64,000 nt of DNA from Octopus bimaculoides (Eukaryota): NCBI RefSeq assembly GCF_001194135.2, contig NC_068987.1:12472992-12536991 (forward strand), read 5' to 3'. Of this stretch, positions 29,208-42,280 are shown piece after piece (positions within the stretch are counted from its first letter, which is position 1; each line of letters starts with the position of its first letter). Made by a program: the position numbers and the translations under genes. The notes beneath the pieces are model-generated. The model searched no databases. It was not told where the DNA came from and worked only from the letters and a program-made list of their open reading frames with translations.

Positions 29208-32200
29208 TAGTAATAATAATAATAATCTAGAACAACGCTATGTACAAATTCAAATATATGGTACCCTAGGCATAACACCTACATGAACTTCTAACTTGTT
29301 GTCTCTTGAGGTCTCTGGGTGAGACTTGGATCCAACTTGTACAAATGCAAAGCAAAAGAAAAACATGATGATGATAGTAATAATAATAATAATTTCAAAA
29401 TGATTCATGAAGAATACATATTATGTATTACACTACAAACACTTAAGTGTCATGAGACCTAGAACTCATAAAGATGGAGCTTAAGCCAGTTTCCATGGTA
29501 TATAAGTAGCTGAGATTACAACACTCCCACCTCCACTGAATGGGATGCTGGTCCAATGCAAGGGTTTCGCCTGGAACAATGTGAAATGAAGTGTTTTGCA
29601 TAAGAACATAACATACCACCTGCTCTAAGAATTGAAATCATGATCTTATGGTCGCGAGTGTGACACTCTAACCACTTGACCACGTGCCTTCACCATAACA
29701 CACTATAATACATTGTTATAATTCAACCCTTTAGTATTTAAACTGGTCATATCTGGCCGATTAGTCTACCTGCTTTATGATTAAATCATCCAGACCCAGG
29801 TTCTCACACTAACCCTCCGATGTTATTCTAAAAACATACAATGACATCACTGAAATTTCAAAGCTGTGAGACAATGCATGATTAATTCAAAACAATGTGA
29901 GTAAATAAGTATTACTTTTGACAAAGTAATTTGAATGCTAAAAGGTTAATTGCTGAAATTTAGATAAGTTCTATTACATAAGTAGATTATTGCAGTTAAA
30001 CTAGTATATTTACCTTCGGATGTGGCAAAGCTGCGACTGTACACAGAAGCTTGAATCCAACACCAAGCTGAATGAGTCTTTCACGAAGGTCAAAAGTAAA
30101 TGAAGGAGGAATATCCTTTGGTTTTTCAACTGCTCTCTCTTGTGACACACGCACTTTCCTGTTAAAATAAAACAGAGTATTTGACTCAGAAATGTTTGTT
30201 GCATCAATATTTTTTTGAATAAAGTAACAGAAAAATAATGTTCCATATACTAAGGAAGCTATGACCATTAGCTGTACTGTAATGATATCATTTTATCGAC
30301 ATCTGTAATTATGTTATATATTAGAAATATAAATATAGATAATAATTATATTAGAAAAAAATATATATTAGAAAAAATATAAATATTAGAAAAAATATAA
30401 CTTTGAATCATATAATAATAAATATTAGAAAAATATAATTTTGAATCATATAATAATTTCATTTATGCATACAATGCTTAAGATGTTATCTTGAGATTTG
30501 TCTTTCATCTAACGTGTTTTACATAATCTAGTTAAATTTTTGCATTTGCTTTGTAAGATGTAAAGATGTGTAAGATGTAAAGACAGAAAACCTGTAGCAG
30601 GTCTGGATCTGAGAGGGTATGTCATTGATGAGGTTGTGAAGGGTGACGAAAGGACTTTGACAAACTTAATTGTTTGATTGACTCAGTGATTAATTGAACA
30701 ATTGATCAGTTAATTGATTAGATGTTAACTAATCGATGAATAACAATAAAAGTGAAAGAGAACCAGTGCATGTGTTTATTATTGACATAATGACCCTCCT
30801 AAGATACAGCAAAATAACTGAAATATATTTTAGATTAATAACTAGAGTTATAGATAATTCATTGAGCAGATGTCTCTATGTCAGGTTTTGTTTTAATACC
30901 AGAAAATTGCTGAAAGAATGGTTACCACAATATCTTTCTTCTGAAGTTTACTATTTTGTAAACGGTATACTGATGTTTAGGACAGAAGTCTCTACCAAAT
31001 ACCAAACTCAGTAAAATTTCAGACATTATAAATAACCATTTTTACATTAGAGAAGAACAGACAATAACTGTTTTTCATATCTTATTCAACCCAGAACAAT
31101 TAGTGATACTTTTATACCCTTGGTTGTGGATATATGATTTTAATGAAGTGGGGGCAAAGCAATGTGTTCACAGATGTAACTTCCAACTACCAATACATGA
31201 GACCCCAATGCCTTCTCCTCCTGTGTCTCAACAAGACATTACTCTTTGTAAGATTTCTACAAATCCACCTTTTAATCACACAAGGGTGTTAATGTCTATC
31301 GACACATCAGATACAAAATTCATAATTTGTTCCAATTAAAAACTGAATCTCAGACTTTTGATCACCATGATCATTGGCTAGTGTTTAGTATCTTTTTTTT
31401 ATTATTTTATAGAAATTTATATTATAAATTATATTATATTAAATTATAAAGACATTGAAATTTAAAGTTAGGATATAAATTTGTAGCTTATTTCTCTCTT
31501 TGAAATTGATAAGACCTGTGTTTTTACTTTTATTACAATTAAAAGTACATAAACTGAAGATATGTTAATAATAAGACATTGCAGACATTTAAAATTATTT
31601 TACTTTTTAATCAGATTTCAATATAATTGTAATTAGATTACAAAACAAGATTTATTTGCATGTGAATTTGAATTACCTTCTAGGTGTACCCTCACGGCTA
31701 GATGGTTGACGGCTGACTTCTCTCATTGCTGAAATAATAAGAATTGGAAATTTACAGTTTATCAAGTTTCACAGAGTATTCTAAATGTTCCAATCAAAAT
31801 TGGTGTAAGTTCTTTTAAATAAACTCTTAGAAGTTTTAAATTCCATATACCCAAAAACAAAAATTAGTACACAAACAGATAAAGAGTTAAAATGTCAAAA
31901 TAATATANNNNNNNNNNNNNNNNNNNNNNNNNNNNNNNNNNNNNNNNNNNNNNNNNNNNNNNNNNNNNNNNNNNNNNNNNNNNNNNNNNNNNNNNNNNNN
32001 NNNNNNNNNNNNNNNNNNNNNNNNNNNNNNNNNNNNNNNNNNNNNNNNNNNNNNNNNNNNNNNNNNNNNNNNNNNNNNNNNNNNNNNNNNNNNNNNNNNN
32101 NNNNNNNNTATATATATATATATATATATATCGTAGCACTCTGTCGGTTACGACAACAAGGGTTCCAGTTGATTCGATCAACAGAACAGCCTGCTTGTAA

Positions 32201-33291
32201 AATTAACGTGCAAGTGGCTAAGCACTCCACAGACATGTGTACCCTTAACATAGTTCTTGGGGAGATTCAGCATGACACAGAGTGTGACAGGGCTGGCCCT
32301 TTGAAATACAGGTACAACAGAAACAGGAAGAAAGGGTGATAGAAAGTTGTGGCGAAAGAGTACAGCAGGGTTCGCCACAACCCCCTGCTGGAGCCTCGTG
32401 AACCTTTAGGTGTTTTTGCTCAATGAACACTCACAAGGCCTGGTCTGGGAATCGAAACCGCGATCCTATGACTGCGAGTCTGCTGCACTAACCATTGGGC
32501 CATTGTGCCACCACCACACACACACACATCTCTTTCTCTATCACTTTTGCCCCCTCTCGTTTTTCCTTCTGTTACTACTATATCTCTCTCTTTCCCTTCT
32601 CGTTCTTCCTTCTGTTACTACTATATTCCTCTCTTTCTCTCGTTGCTCACCTATTCTTCTACTTCCTCCCTTTGTTTCTCCCTCTACCACTCTCTCTTCC
32701 TTTCCCCTGCCTGGTCACATGCTTCCGATCACATGCTTCCTTTTCTTCCTTGGCTATCGCCGAGCAAACGCGCGAACTTACTTCGTCCCTCACAGCGTTC
32801 ATATACACATAATTTTTCACGTCTGGCCGCATAGCCTTTTCCGTTTGTTTTCCTATCTTGTTTTCGTTTTCGTTTGTTTTCCTGTCTTGTTTTTTGTCCG
32901 CCACTACATTCCTCCATGGCACAGGTTTAATTTGTGTATACAAATTTAATTTGCGGTCCATGGGAAGAGCCGTCTTAACGATGCGTCCTGCCCAACTCTT
33001 CGAAACGCCGGTGTTAAAACGGGGGTAGCTGATGAAGGAAAANNNNNNNNNNNNNNNNNNNNNNNNNNNNNNNNNNNNNNNNNNNNNNNNNNNNNNNNNN
33101 NNNNNNNNNNNNNNNNNNNNNNNNNNNNNNNNNNNNNNNNNNNNNNNNNNNNNNNNNNNNNNNNNNNNNNNNNNNNNNNNNNNNNNNNNNNNNNNNNNNN
33201 NNNNNNNNNNNNNNNNNNNNNNNNNNNNNNNNNNNNNNNNNNNNNNNNNNNNNNNNNNNNNNNNNNNNNNNNNNNNNNNNNNNNNNNNNNN

Positions 33292-33340
<49 letters not shown>

Positions 33341-33341
33341 T

Positions 33342-33376
<35 letters not shown>

Positions 33377-36300
33377 GTGTACAATAATTTAAAATGCCAA
33401 GCTATTTATTTTTATATACTTTTGAAACTGATCACAGATGTTTAAATATTGAAGGCAAGATTTTTGTTTTCTATTAATATATGAAACAGAATTTCATTAA
33501 AGTTGCACTTACGTTCGACTTTAAGTATAGCAACTTCTTCACGGCAACCAAAAGAGTTTTCTGCTCTTACAACATATTCACCCTTGTCGTCAACTTTCAG
33601 TCTGCTGATTTTCAGTTCATATTCGTTGTTATTGTATTTCTGCATATGTTTTACACTCTGAGTGAGTATGGAATCTTCCTTTGCCCTATTAGAAAAAAAA
33701 AAAAAATTTAGATAAATTTAAATCACAATATGGGGGCATAGTAAAAGTCTGAACCCAAGATCCCATGGTTGTGAAGTGAACATCTTAACTACATAGCCAT
33801 GCCCATCGTCATCATCATCGTCGCCATCACCATCGTTGTCTTTTAATATTGGTCTTCGTTCTTGGCATGAGTTGAATGGTTCAACAGAATCTGATGAGCC
33901 AGAGGACTGGGTTATGCTCCAATGTCTGTCTTGGCATGGTTTTCTATGACTGGATTCCCTTCTTAATGCCAACCATTTTACAGAGTGTTGTGTGTACGTT
34001 TTTTGTGCTACTGGCAATATTAAGGTTGCCAGGTAACTCAATAAAAAGCACCTTTGGCAGAATGAAGTTGTAGTTGAAAAGATATCTTTATAACATGTGT
34101 TGAGAAGCTAATGCATGTTAGCCTCTCAAGTAAGTAAAATATACCCTGTTAATTTCAGATGAGAAATTTTAATTCCTTTAAAACGATTACAATATATAAT
34201 TAATTTCACATATATAATGTAGATTATAAATTATGATACATACCATGTAATAATAGGAGGTGAAACTGCAATAACTTTGCAGTCAAATTTAGCAATTTGA
34301 CCTTCACCAGCCAAAACATTACGTGGCTTACGCACAAAGCGAGGAATAGCTTCACGGCGATCTGAATAAGATACAAATGATATTTATGATTGCGTTTTTA
34401 CTATTATATTTGATTATTGGAATTTGCTTTTTGTATTCTAATCATTTTCATAGTCACTCTGATATCGTAATAAACATTGGTCTGAAACTGTTTGTAATAT
34501 ATTGTAATAGGCTCATTTACATTGATATGAAAGAAAATATTATTAGTGCATCCTAATGGATTTATAAACATTTTGTCTCTCTTTCATATATTCTAAAAGT
34601 ATGTTAGTGAATATATCTCACACACATAAAATGTTTATCAAGCTTTGTGTAACGTAGTATCTAAATAAATACAAGGGTGTTATGTAAATATTGTATTGGT
34701 TATGCAAGAACATTAATATTTGAGCAAATAGTGTACTTTATTTTCATCTTCTGCTTTTTAATATTTCTTATTTGTCTTTTTTATTAGAATAACTGGTCTT
34801 TATAGTTTAATCACATGATGGGAAAAAATATTTCATATTCTCAATAGTAAAGCTATTGCAGTGCACCTCAGCACTGTATGAATTAGGTTCGTTATTATTA
34901 TTGTTTTTTTTTATAATATTCACTATATTATATTCATCTTGGACAACCAATATGTACAATATTAGTAAAAGAAGCTGACTGAATGAAGTTCAATTAATAT
35001 ATTTCAAACTATTTCACTGAAGATTGTTCACAATACATTTCATTATTGATTTCTTGACTTATAATTTTAACTTTATAGTTGTTCAAATTTTATCTGGTAA
35101 AAATAGTTACAACTGAATTGCTTATCAAAGATTGCTGCTTTGAATTTACTAGTATTATATATTTTATTATGTGTGATTCAGTTGTACATTGATACAACTG
35201 TTTTATTGCAATGATTTTTATATAATCTAGAGATTTTTGTTAGTTTCCCGGTGTAATTTGTTAGAACTTAGATATATAATATCACTGTGTGTTAATGTGA
35301 CCACTGCGAAATTGCTGAAATCAGTAAAAAGGGTAAAAGTGCATGGAATTAAATAAGTTAGATAATTGAATTTTAATTTGATGGGACGATCCTTACCAAA
35401 GTAGGTATCGTATATCTGGTATTCCTTGGGTCTGTGTTTACGCAATGAACTGAAGTTAGCAATACGACCAATGGCGGGCATTGGTTGAGGCCAATCAGCC
35501 TAGATAAGGGGGAAAAAATATTTATTAGTTTGAGAACATTTTTATTAGGTATAAAAATAAACAGAAATGCCAATAATTTCTATTTCAGAAAAGTTTATAT
35601 AACATTTTTAGGACTAATTACAGCATTTACAAAACAGTTTGAAAATATTACAAAAGAAAGTAATATTTTGAATTGTTGTCATTAAAATATTCTGATTAAC
35701 AATAATATATTTATAATATTGAACATTAGAATGATATGTATATACATACAAGTGTAATTGTTGTTACTTTTACTCTCTAAATATTTATGAATATATACCA
35801 CTTTACACACACACACACACATTGTTGTCACTTTTACTTGTAAGACATCGATTACAAATATATACTGATTAAATATTTTATCAATAACGATTCAGATTAC
35901 TGCTGTATTACTGAAAAAGCAAAGCTACTGGCACAGGATGAGTGGAAAGAACATGAAAGAAATATTTTATTGTTTTGTTAATGATTATACTTTACAACTT
36001 TCGAAGCCTAATCGTAGAAAGCACTAATTCATCTGATGAGAAAACAAAAATTTGTTTCGATAACAAAATAACCCTATTTAGAGAAAACTAATATACAAAA
36101 GCATATATGCATATGTGATACAGAAATTGGGTTATGTTTAATATGCCCATGTATCTTTTATGCTATCAAATATGGCAATAGTTTCTTACCCTATGATTTT
36201 AAGAAAGAAAACCTTAAAATGATAGGATAAATTATAAGGAAGCATGTAGTTTTATAACTTTTTCACAACACTTTAACTGGATCATTGTGAGACTGAGTTC

Positions 36301-36979
36301 AACTTCTTCCAAGAATGATATCTTTTAAGAACAACGTGTGTGAGATTTCAGTCAGCTGCTGTTCTTATACGATGAGAAATAAATCTTGCAACATCTAAAC
36401 TTCAAGAACGCTGGTATGATCTTCAGCTAATATCACTTAATCTGCTGGCTACTTTTAGAGATAAGCATTAGTAATGGAAGATCCTATTAAAATTAGGCTT
36501 AATCAACAGCCAGTTACAAGTTTATTAAAAAAGATATATTTCACTGGATAATATTTGTTTGAAGAACAGCAATGATACTTCAGAGATTAAGATCATAATT
36601 ATATGAAATCAAGATTATAAATCCAAATGTGGTTTGTGATATTTATATTTTTCTCAAAAGCTTCAGAGAAGTAAATAAAATAGTTTTGATGGGGGACATG
36701 AAATATATACATCTACTTAAAGCAAGGTTGTTTTTAATAATTCTTCAGTGGATAATAATTGAAAAATGTGCATCTATCGAAATTATTACCAAAGTAATAA
36801 TAATAATAATATTAATAATCCTTTATACTACTGGCACAAGGCCCGAAATTTTGGGTAAGGGGTAGGTTGATTACATCAATCCAAGTGTTCAACTGGTACT
36901 TATATTATCGACCCCCAAAAGTATGAAAGGCAAAGTGGACTTAGAATTTGAACTAAGCACTTTGCCTGGCATGCTAATG

Positions 36980-37028
<49 letters not shown>

Positions 37029-40000
37029 TAATAATAATAAATTTTACATTAATACTTACATATTTCTCTTTGATCTTCTGCCTGATTTTGTTGTATCGAC
37101 TTGATGGAATTCTGTGTGTAAGATTACTGTGATCACCCTATAACAAGATAATTGGGTAAAAAAAAAAAAACAAAAAAAAAAGAAAACAATTGAATAAATG
37201 CATCAAATTTTCTTTTCCATGGGCCAAAATTATAATTTTTGTTTTTATTATAGAACTATTTGAAATGGCATACTATTGTTTATTTCTTTATCTAGAAGCA
37301 TGATTTAGTTCTTATTTTAGACATAAAATAATTTCTTGCTGATTATCTAATTTCAATGTACTTTCATTATTCTGCTTCAAATTAAGAGCAAAGAAATTAT
37401 TTGTATCAATATCTCAATCCCATTGCTACCGTTCTTTCAGTAAGTTATGTTTGTAGTCACGATGGAACATTTCCATCTTTTGGTCATCAGTTTATTTCCT
37501 TTTCAATTAGTACATACACATATATAAGTACAAGAATTATTGATTGATTAACCCAATAAATTATTTCAATGCTGCTACACTATCCCATATATAGAAGCTC
37601 AAAATAATAGAAAAATATATTAAAAACAGTCTAAAATAAAATTACATTTCTGAAAAGGAAACAAAGCATTGTAATTATCATTTATTATTTTAAATATATA
37701 TTTTGATAAGAACAGAAACAATATATTACTTCTTAAAGGCAAATAAATATATAACTTTTTTTTTTCAAAGATAATTAATTAAAAAAAAATGATGCATCAG
37801 ATGCATCCATCTTAAGATATATATATTTTCAATAACATTAACAAAAAGAATAATAAAAAATATATAATGAAATTTGTGGAAAGTATTACAGTCTTAAGGA
37901 AAGCCAATATTTTATCATATATTTTTTTCATTATGAAACAATTTAAAATCAAATAGTCTGATTTTATTCTTTCCTTTCCTACTCTGTATAAATGTTATAA
38001 ATCAACTCAGGCATAATACTACATTCAGATATATATATAGTTTTAAGATATTTTCATAAGTAGGCTAAAGTTTTCCAATGTTCTGGAACTGGTATAAAAG
38101 AAACTCTAGATAAATCACTAGTGTGTATATATATATATATATATATGCATCCAATTGGAAATAAACATATATAATATTGAGAAACAATTATCATTATCAA
38201 TAGTCAGTAATATTCTGATTCTTTTCATTGTAACTTAATATGATGTTTGTGATGATGATGATGATGACAATATTAAAAAAGCATGATGAATTGATGGATG
38301 TCATTATGATGATGTTTATGAAAAGACACTGGTGATACGGCAGTGATGATATAATGTTCATGTTCATCATGTTAATTATAATACCACTATTCATAATAGT
38401 GTTAGAATTTTGATCAACTAAATAACAATTTTTTTTTTCTATTGGTTTTAGAAAACTGCTACATAACTAAGTTACCACTGCGGAATGACAAATATTAATG
38501 AGATTAGTAGTGACGAAGCGAACTATTGACAGGAAACATGCAGCAATTATTATTAAGTGTTCAATAATATGTGTTTTTTTTTTTTTTTCGTGACATCAGT
38601 GTGCAATCAACACAAATGATACATAACTGCTGAAACAAAATTATAATTTCAATTTATATTGTCTCTAACAAAATTTAACAATTAGCAAACAAGGGTAAAT
38701 CTATCCTTAACTGTCTAATTATATATCATTCTTTTATAGTTGTTAATGTTAGTGCCTTATTTATTTTACAAACTAATTTTATATCACTGTTTTGTTTTCA
38801 GTAGGGTTACTGTTTCATTTATATACAAACTAAGGCAGTGGTGAAATACCTACTTCAAAAATTAAGTATTGAATCATAAATTTGGTTATTACTTTATAGG
38901 AATCTTGTCGATTTCCAATGGCATAGAGATAGTGACTCTTATGGGTTAATAAGCATAATTTAAACCATAACAAAATACTGGTAAAATAAGTATTTTGTTT
39001 TACTAAGAAAACTGTAACTTATCCGTCTTCTTTTAGCTAAAGTTATACTTGCAGTATAATATTTAAAGTTTTAAATATCTATTTCAAAATAGATGTGTGT
39101 ATATATATATATAATTATGTTCAATTTATACTCAAATTTACAATATGTAAATTCATAGATTTCCCCAATCTGAAGACACTAATTAATTATAAAATTTGAA
39201 AACTCTTACATTCAATCAAATTATTTTGTCATCTATATATACCGCAAGCTTCAGTAATCAACCAGTAAAAATATTGATCTATACTGGGAATTATGATTAA
39301 CTATCATTTAAGTATAAGGTAGAGAGTAATGTTTAAACTTGGCATTTTTATTTCAATATGTGTCATCATCATTCAACATCGAGATGATTTAAGAGAAATA
39401 ACAGTTTTAGAAAGTTTCAGAGAATCTATTAAGGACTAAAATACCCAAAGAAAAATAATAATAAAAAAAAGCTATTTGTTGGACATAAAAATAATTTGTC
39501 TGGACAATGATACTAATTTATAGCATTTTGCTCTTACACACGCACAATATCTCTCTCTCTCTCTCATACACACACGCACTTGCACACATACATACAAATA
39601 CATATGCATACCTCACAGACATACATACACACAAGCACATTTACATAACTTTTCAACATGTACTTGAGAAAATTGCCATCTTAAAATAACATTGTCACCA
39701 CAATGAAATCATTAACAAATATAACTTTTATGAAATATTATGTTAAGAGTTTCTGGACAGATAAGCTCAGCTTTGAACATATAACCTTAACCCAAATAGG
39801 TATTGGATACAGAACTACTTAAATCCATTAACTTCGATCTGATTTTTTTAAAGTAATTATTACTTACAAGTCCCGAAAACCTGGTGTAAATCCCTGTGGA
39901 ATGTATCCCAGTGGAATGTATTCCTGTGGAATGTATCCTTGTGGAATGTTTCCAATTGGAATGTACCCATGTGGAATGTCGGTCGAGCCAAAGATTTTCT

Positions 40001-42241
40001 GTAGAATTGTAGTTGCTGTGGTTGTTAAGGATATATTCATCACTTTGATCACTGATCATCATCTTTGAAAAACACATTTTAAAGTATTTATAGAATGTAT
40101 AGAGATAAGGTATTATGTAAGCACTGAATGTCTTCCAAATGTGAGTGGGGTTAAGTTTATCATTTGTGGATATTAGGTTAGGTTTTTTTTTTTTTTAAGT
40201 GATCTTAATATTATGATAAATATTTACTTTACTTGAGTATCATAACAAACTAGAATTTCCAATAACTAGATTAATATCTTCATATGTATTTTTTTAAATT
40301 AAATGTTTATCAAGCATATATATAAACATATATATATATATATATANNNNNNNNNNNNNNNNNNNNNNNNNNNNNNNNNNNNNNNNNNNNNNNNNNNNNN
40401 NNNNNNNNNNNNNNNNNNNNNNNNNNNNNNNNNNNNNNNNNNNNNNNNNNNNNNNNNNNNNNNNNNNNNNNNNNNNNNNNNNNNNNNNNNNNNNNNNNNN
40501 NNNNNNNNNNNNNNNNNNNNNNNNNNNNNNNNNNNNNNNNNNNNNNNNNNNNNNNNNNNNNNNNNNNNNNNNNNNNNNNNNNNNNNNNNNNNNNNNNNNN
40601 NNNNNNNNNNNNNNNNNNNNNNNNNNNNNNNNNNNNNNNNNNNNNNNNNNNNNNNNNNNNNNNNNNNNNNNNNNNNNNNNNNNNNNNNNNNNNNNNNNNN
40701 NNNNNNNNNNNNNNNNNNNNNNNNNNNNNNNNNNNNNNNNNNNNNNNNNNNNNNNNNNNNNNNNNNNNNNNNNNNNNNNNNNNNNNNNNNNNNNNNNNNT
40801 ATATATATATGTATATATATGTATATATATATATGTATATATATATATACACAGATATCTATATATATAAAACAACAGACATATATAAATATATATCAAT
40901 TGAAACATTTATTTTTTAAGTCCTATCTTATGGCATTTCTATATCTCTGAAGTTTAACATCAAAGAATAGAAATATTTCTAACAAGAACGATGCAAGAAC
41001 TTTTAAAATATTAATTAGAAGCTATGTTTTTTCATACTCTTTCCTTTCTCTGTCTATGTACTATTCCCTTTTCTATTAATATTACATAGGGATTAATAAT
41101 GTTTAATACATCCCTAAATTATACTTGAAGCTGTATAAATACAAACCAAAATGCATAGCACCACAGCCGTCATCGAATAAGATACATTGAATAAGATGTA
41201 AAGTTATAATCCGAAAATTTGGATAACAAATATGATTTGAATATTTTCTTCCAATTTTTTTCTTATATTGTTTTTCTCTATAAAGAACAGCATTTTAAAT
41301 TTATGATACATTAAGATATAAATAAGCTTTGGATATAAATTTTAATCTCTTAGCTAAAGTACTATATTGTTTGTAACAACATTTATGAATTTCACTGGTA
41401 GATTCATCAGTGTTTTAGAGAATTTAAGAAATGCTAATAAGATTATGTATTACAATAAACATTTCAGTTACTAATATTTTAAATGAAGATCTTCATAAAG
41501 CTACGAATCATCAAAAGTAATCACACTTTTAGATTATGTTAATGAGCAGTTAGAGAAGCTTAAATTCAGTAACAATATGAAGACCTTCTTTTAAAATATT
41601 CCTTGGATTACTAAATTTGTAAGCGATTTAATCATAAATAAATGCATAAATGTATTTTTTTAAATATAATAGCTAAAGTTGTTTCTCATTAAAATAAATA
41701 TAATTTGAATTCATAAACTAAAAATATTTTAATAATTTTCATGCATAATTTGATANNNNNNNNNNATATATATATATATACACATATATTGTATAAAAGA
41801 TCGTGGGTAAGGCCAAAACAATGCGAAGCAAATGCAAGAAAACAAATATGGGAATTAATGTAGACTTATTTTGTATTCAATATTTCAGGGTTATGACCCC
41901 ATCTTCAAGAAATTGATGAATTTTGCTGATGTGCATGTGTGGAGTGGACATGAGCAGAAGGGTGTTGCTATAGCAACCAGCTAGTTTCCTGTAACACCCG
42001 TATAGCAACACCCTTCTGTGCATGTCCACTCCACACATGCTCACACACATGCACATCGGCAACATTCGTCAATTTCTTGAAAATGGAGTCATAACCCCCG
42101 AAATATTAAATACAAGGTAAGTCTACATTAATTCACATATTTGTTTACTTGGAATATACCTTGCATTTACTTTGCATTGTTTTGGCCTTACCCACAATCT
42201 TTTATACAATATATTCTACACAATGTTTCATAGTAATTATT

Positions 42242-42280
<39 letters not shown>

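Noticed and set aside
32410-32949. 179-aa hydrophobic ORF
   Set aside because: Runs through a SINE and a pyrimidine-rich low-complexity tract; no family features.
39868-39980. CRISPR-like array
   Set aside because: Eukaryotic intron; 15-bp period with no unique spacers of CRISPR length and no cas genes.
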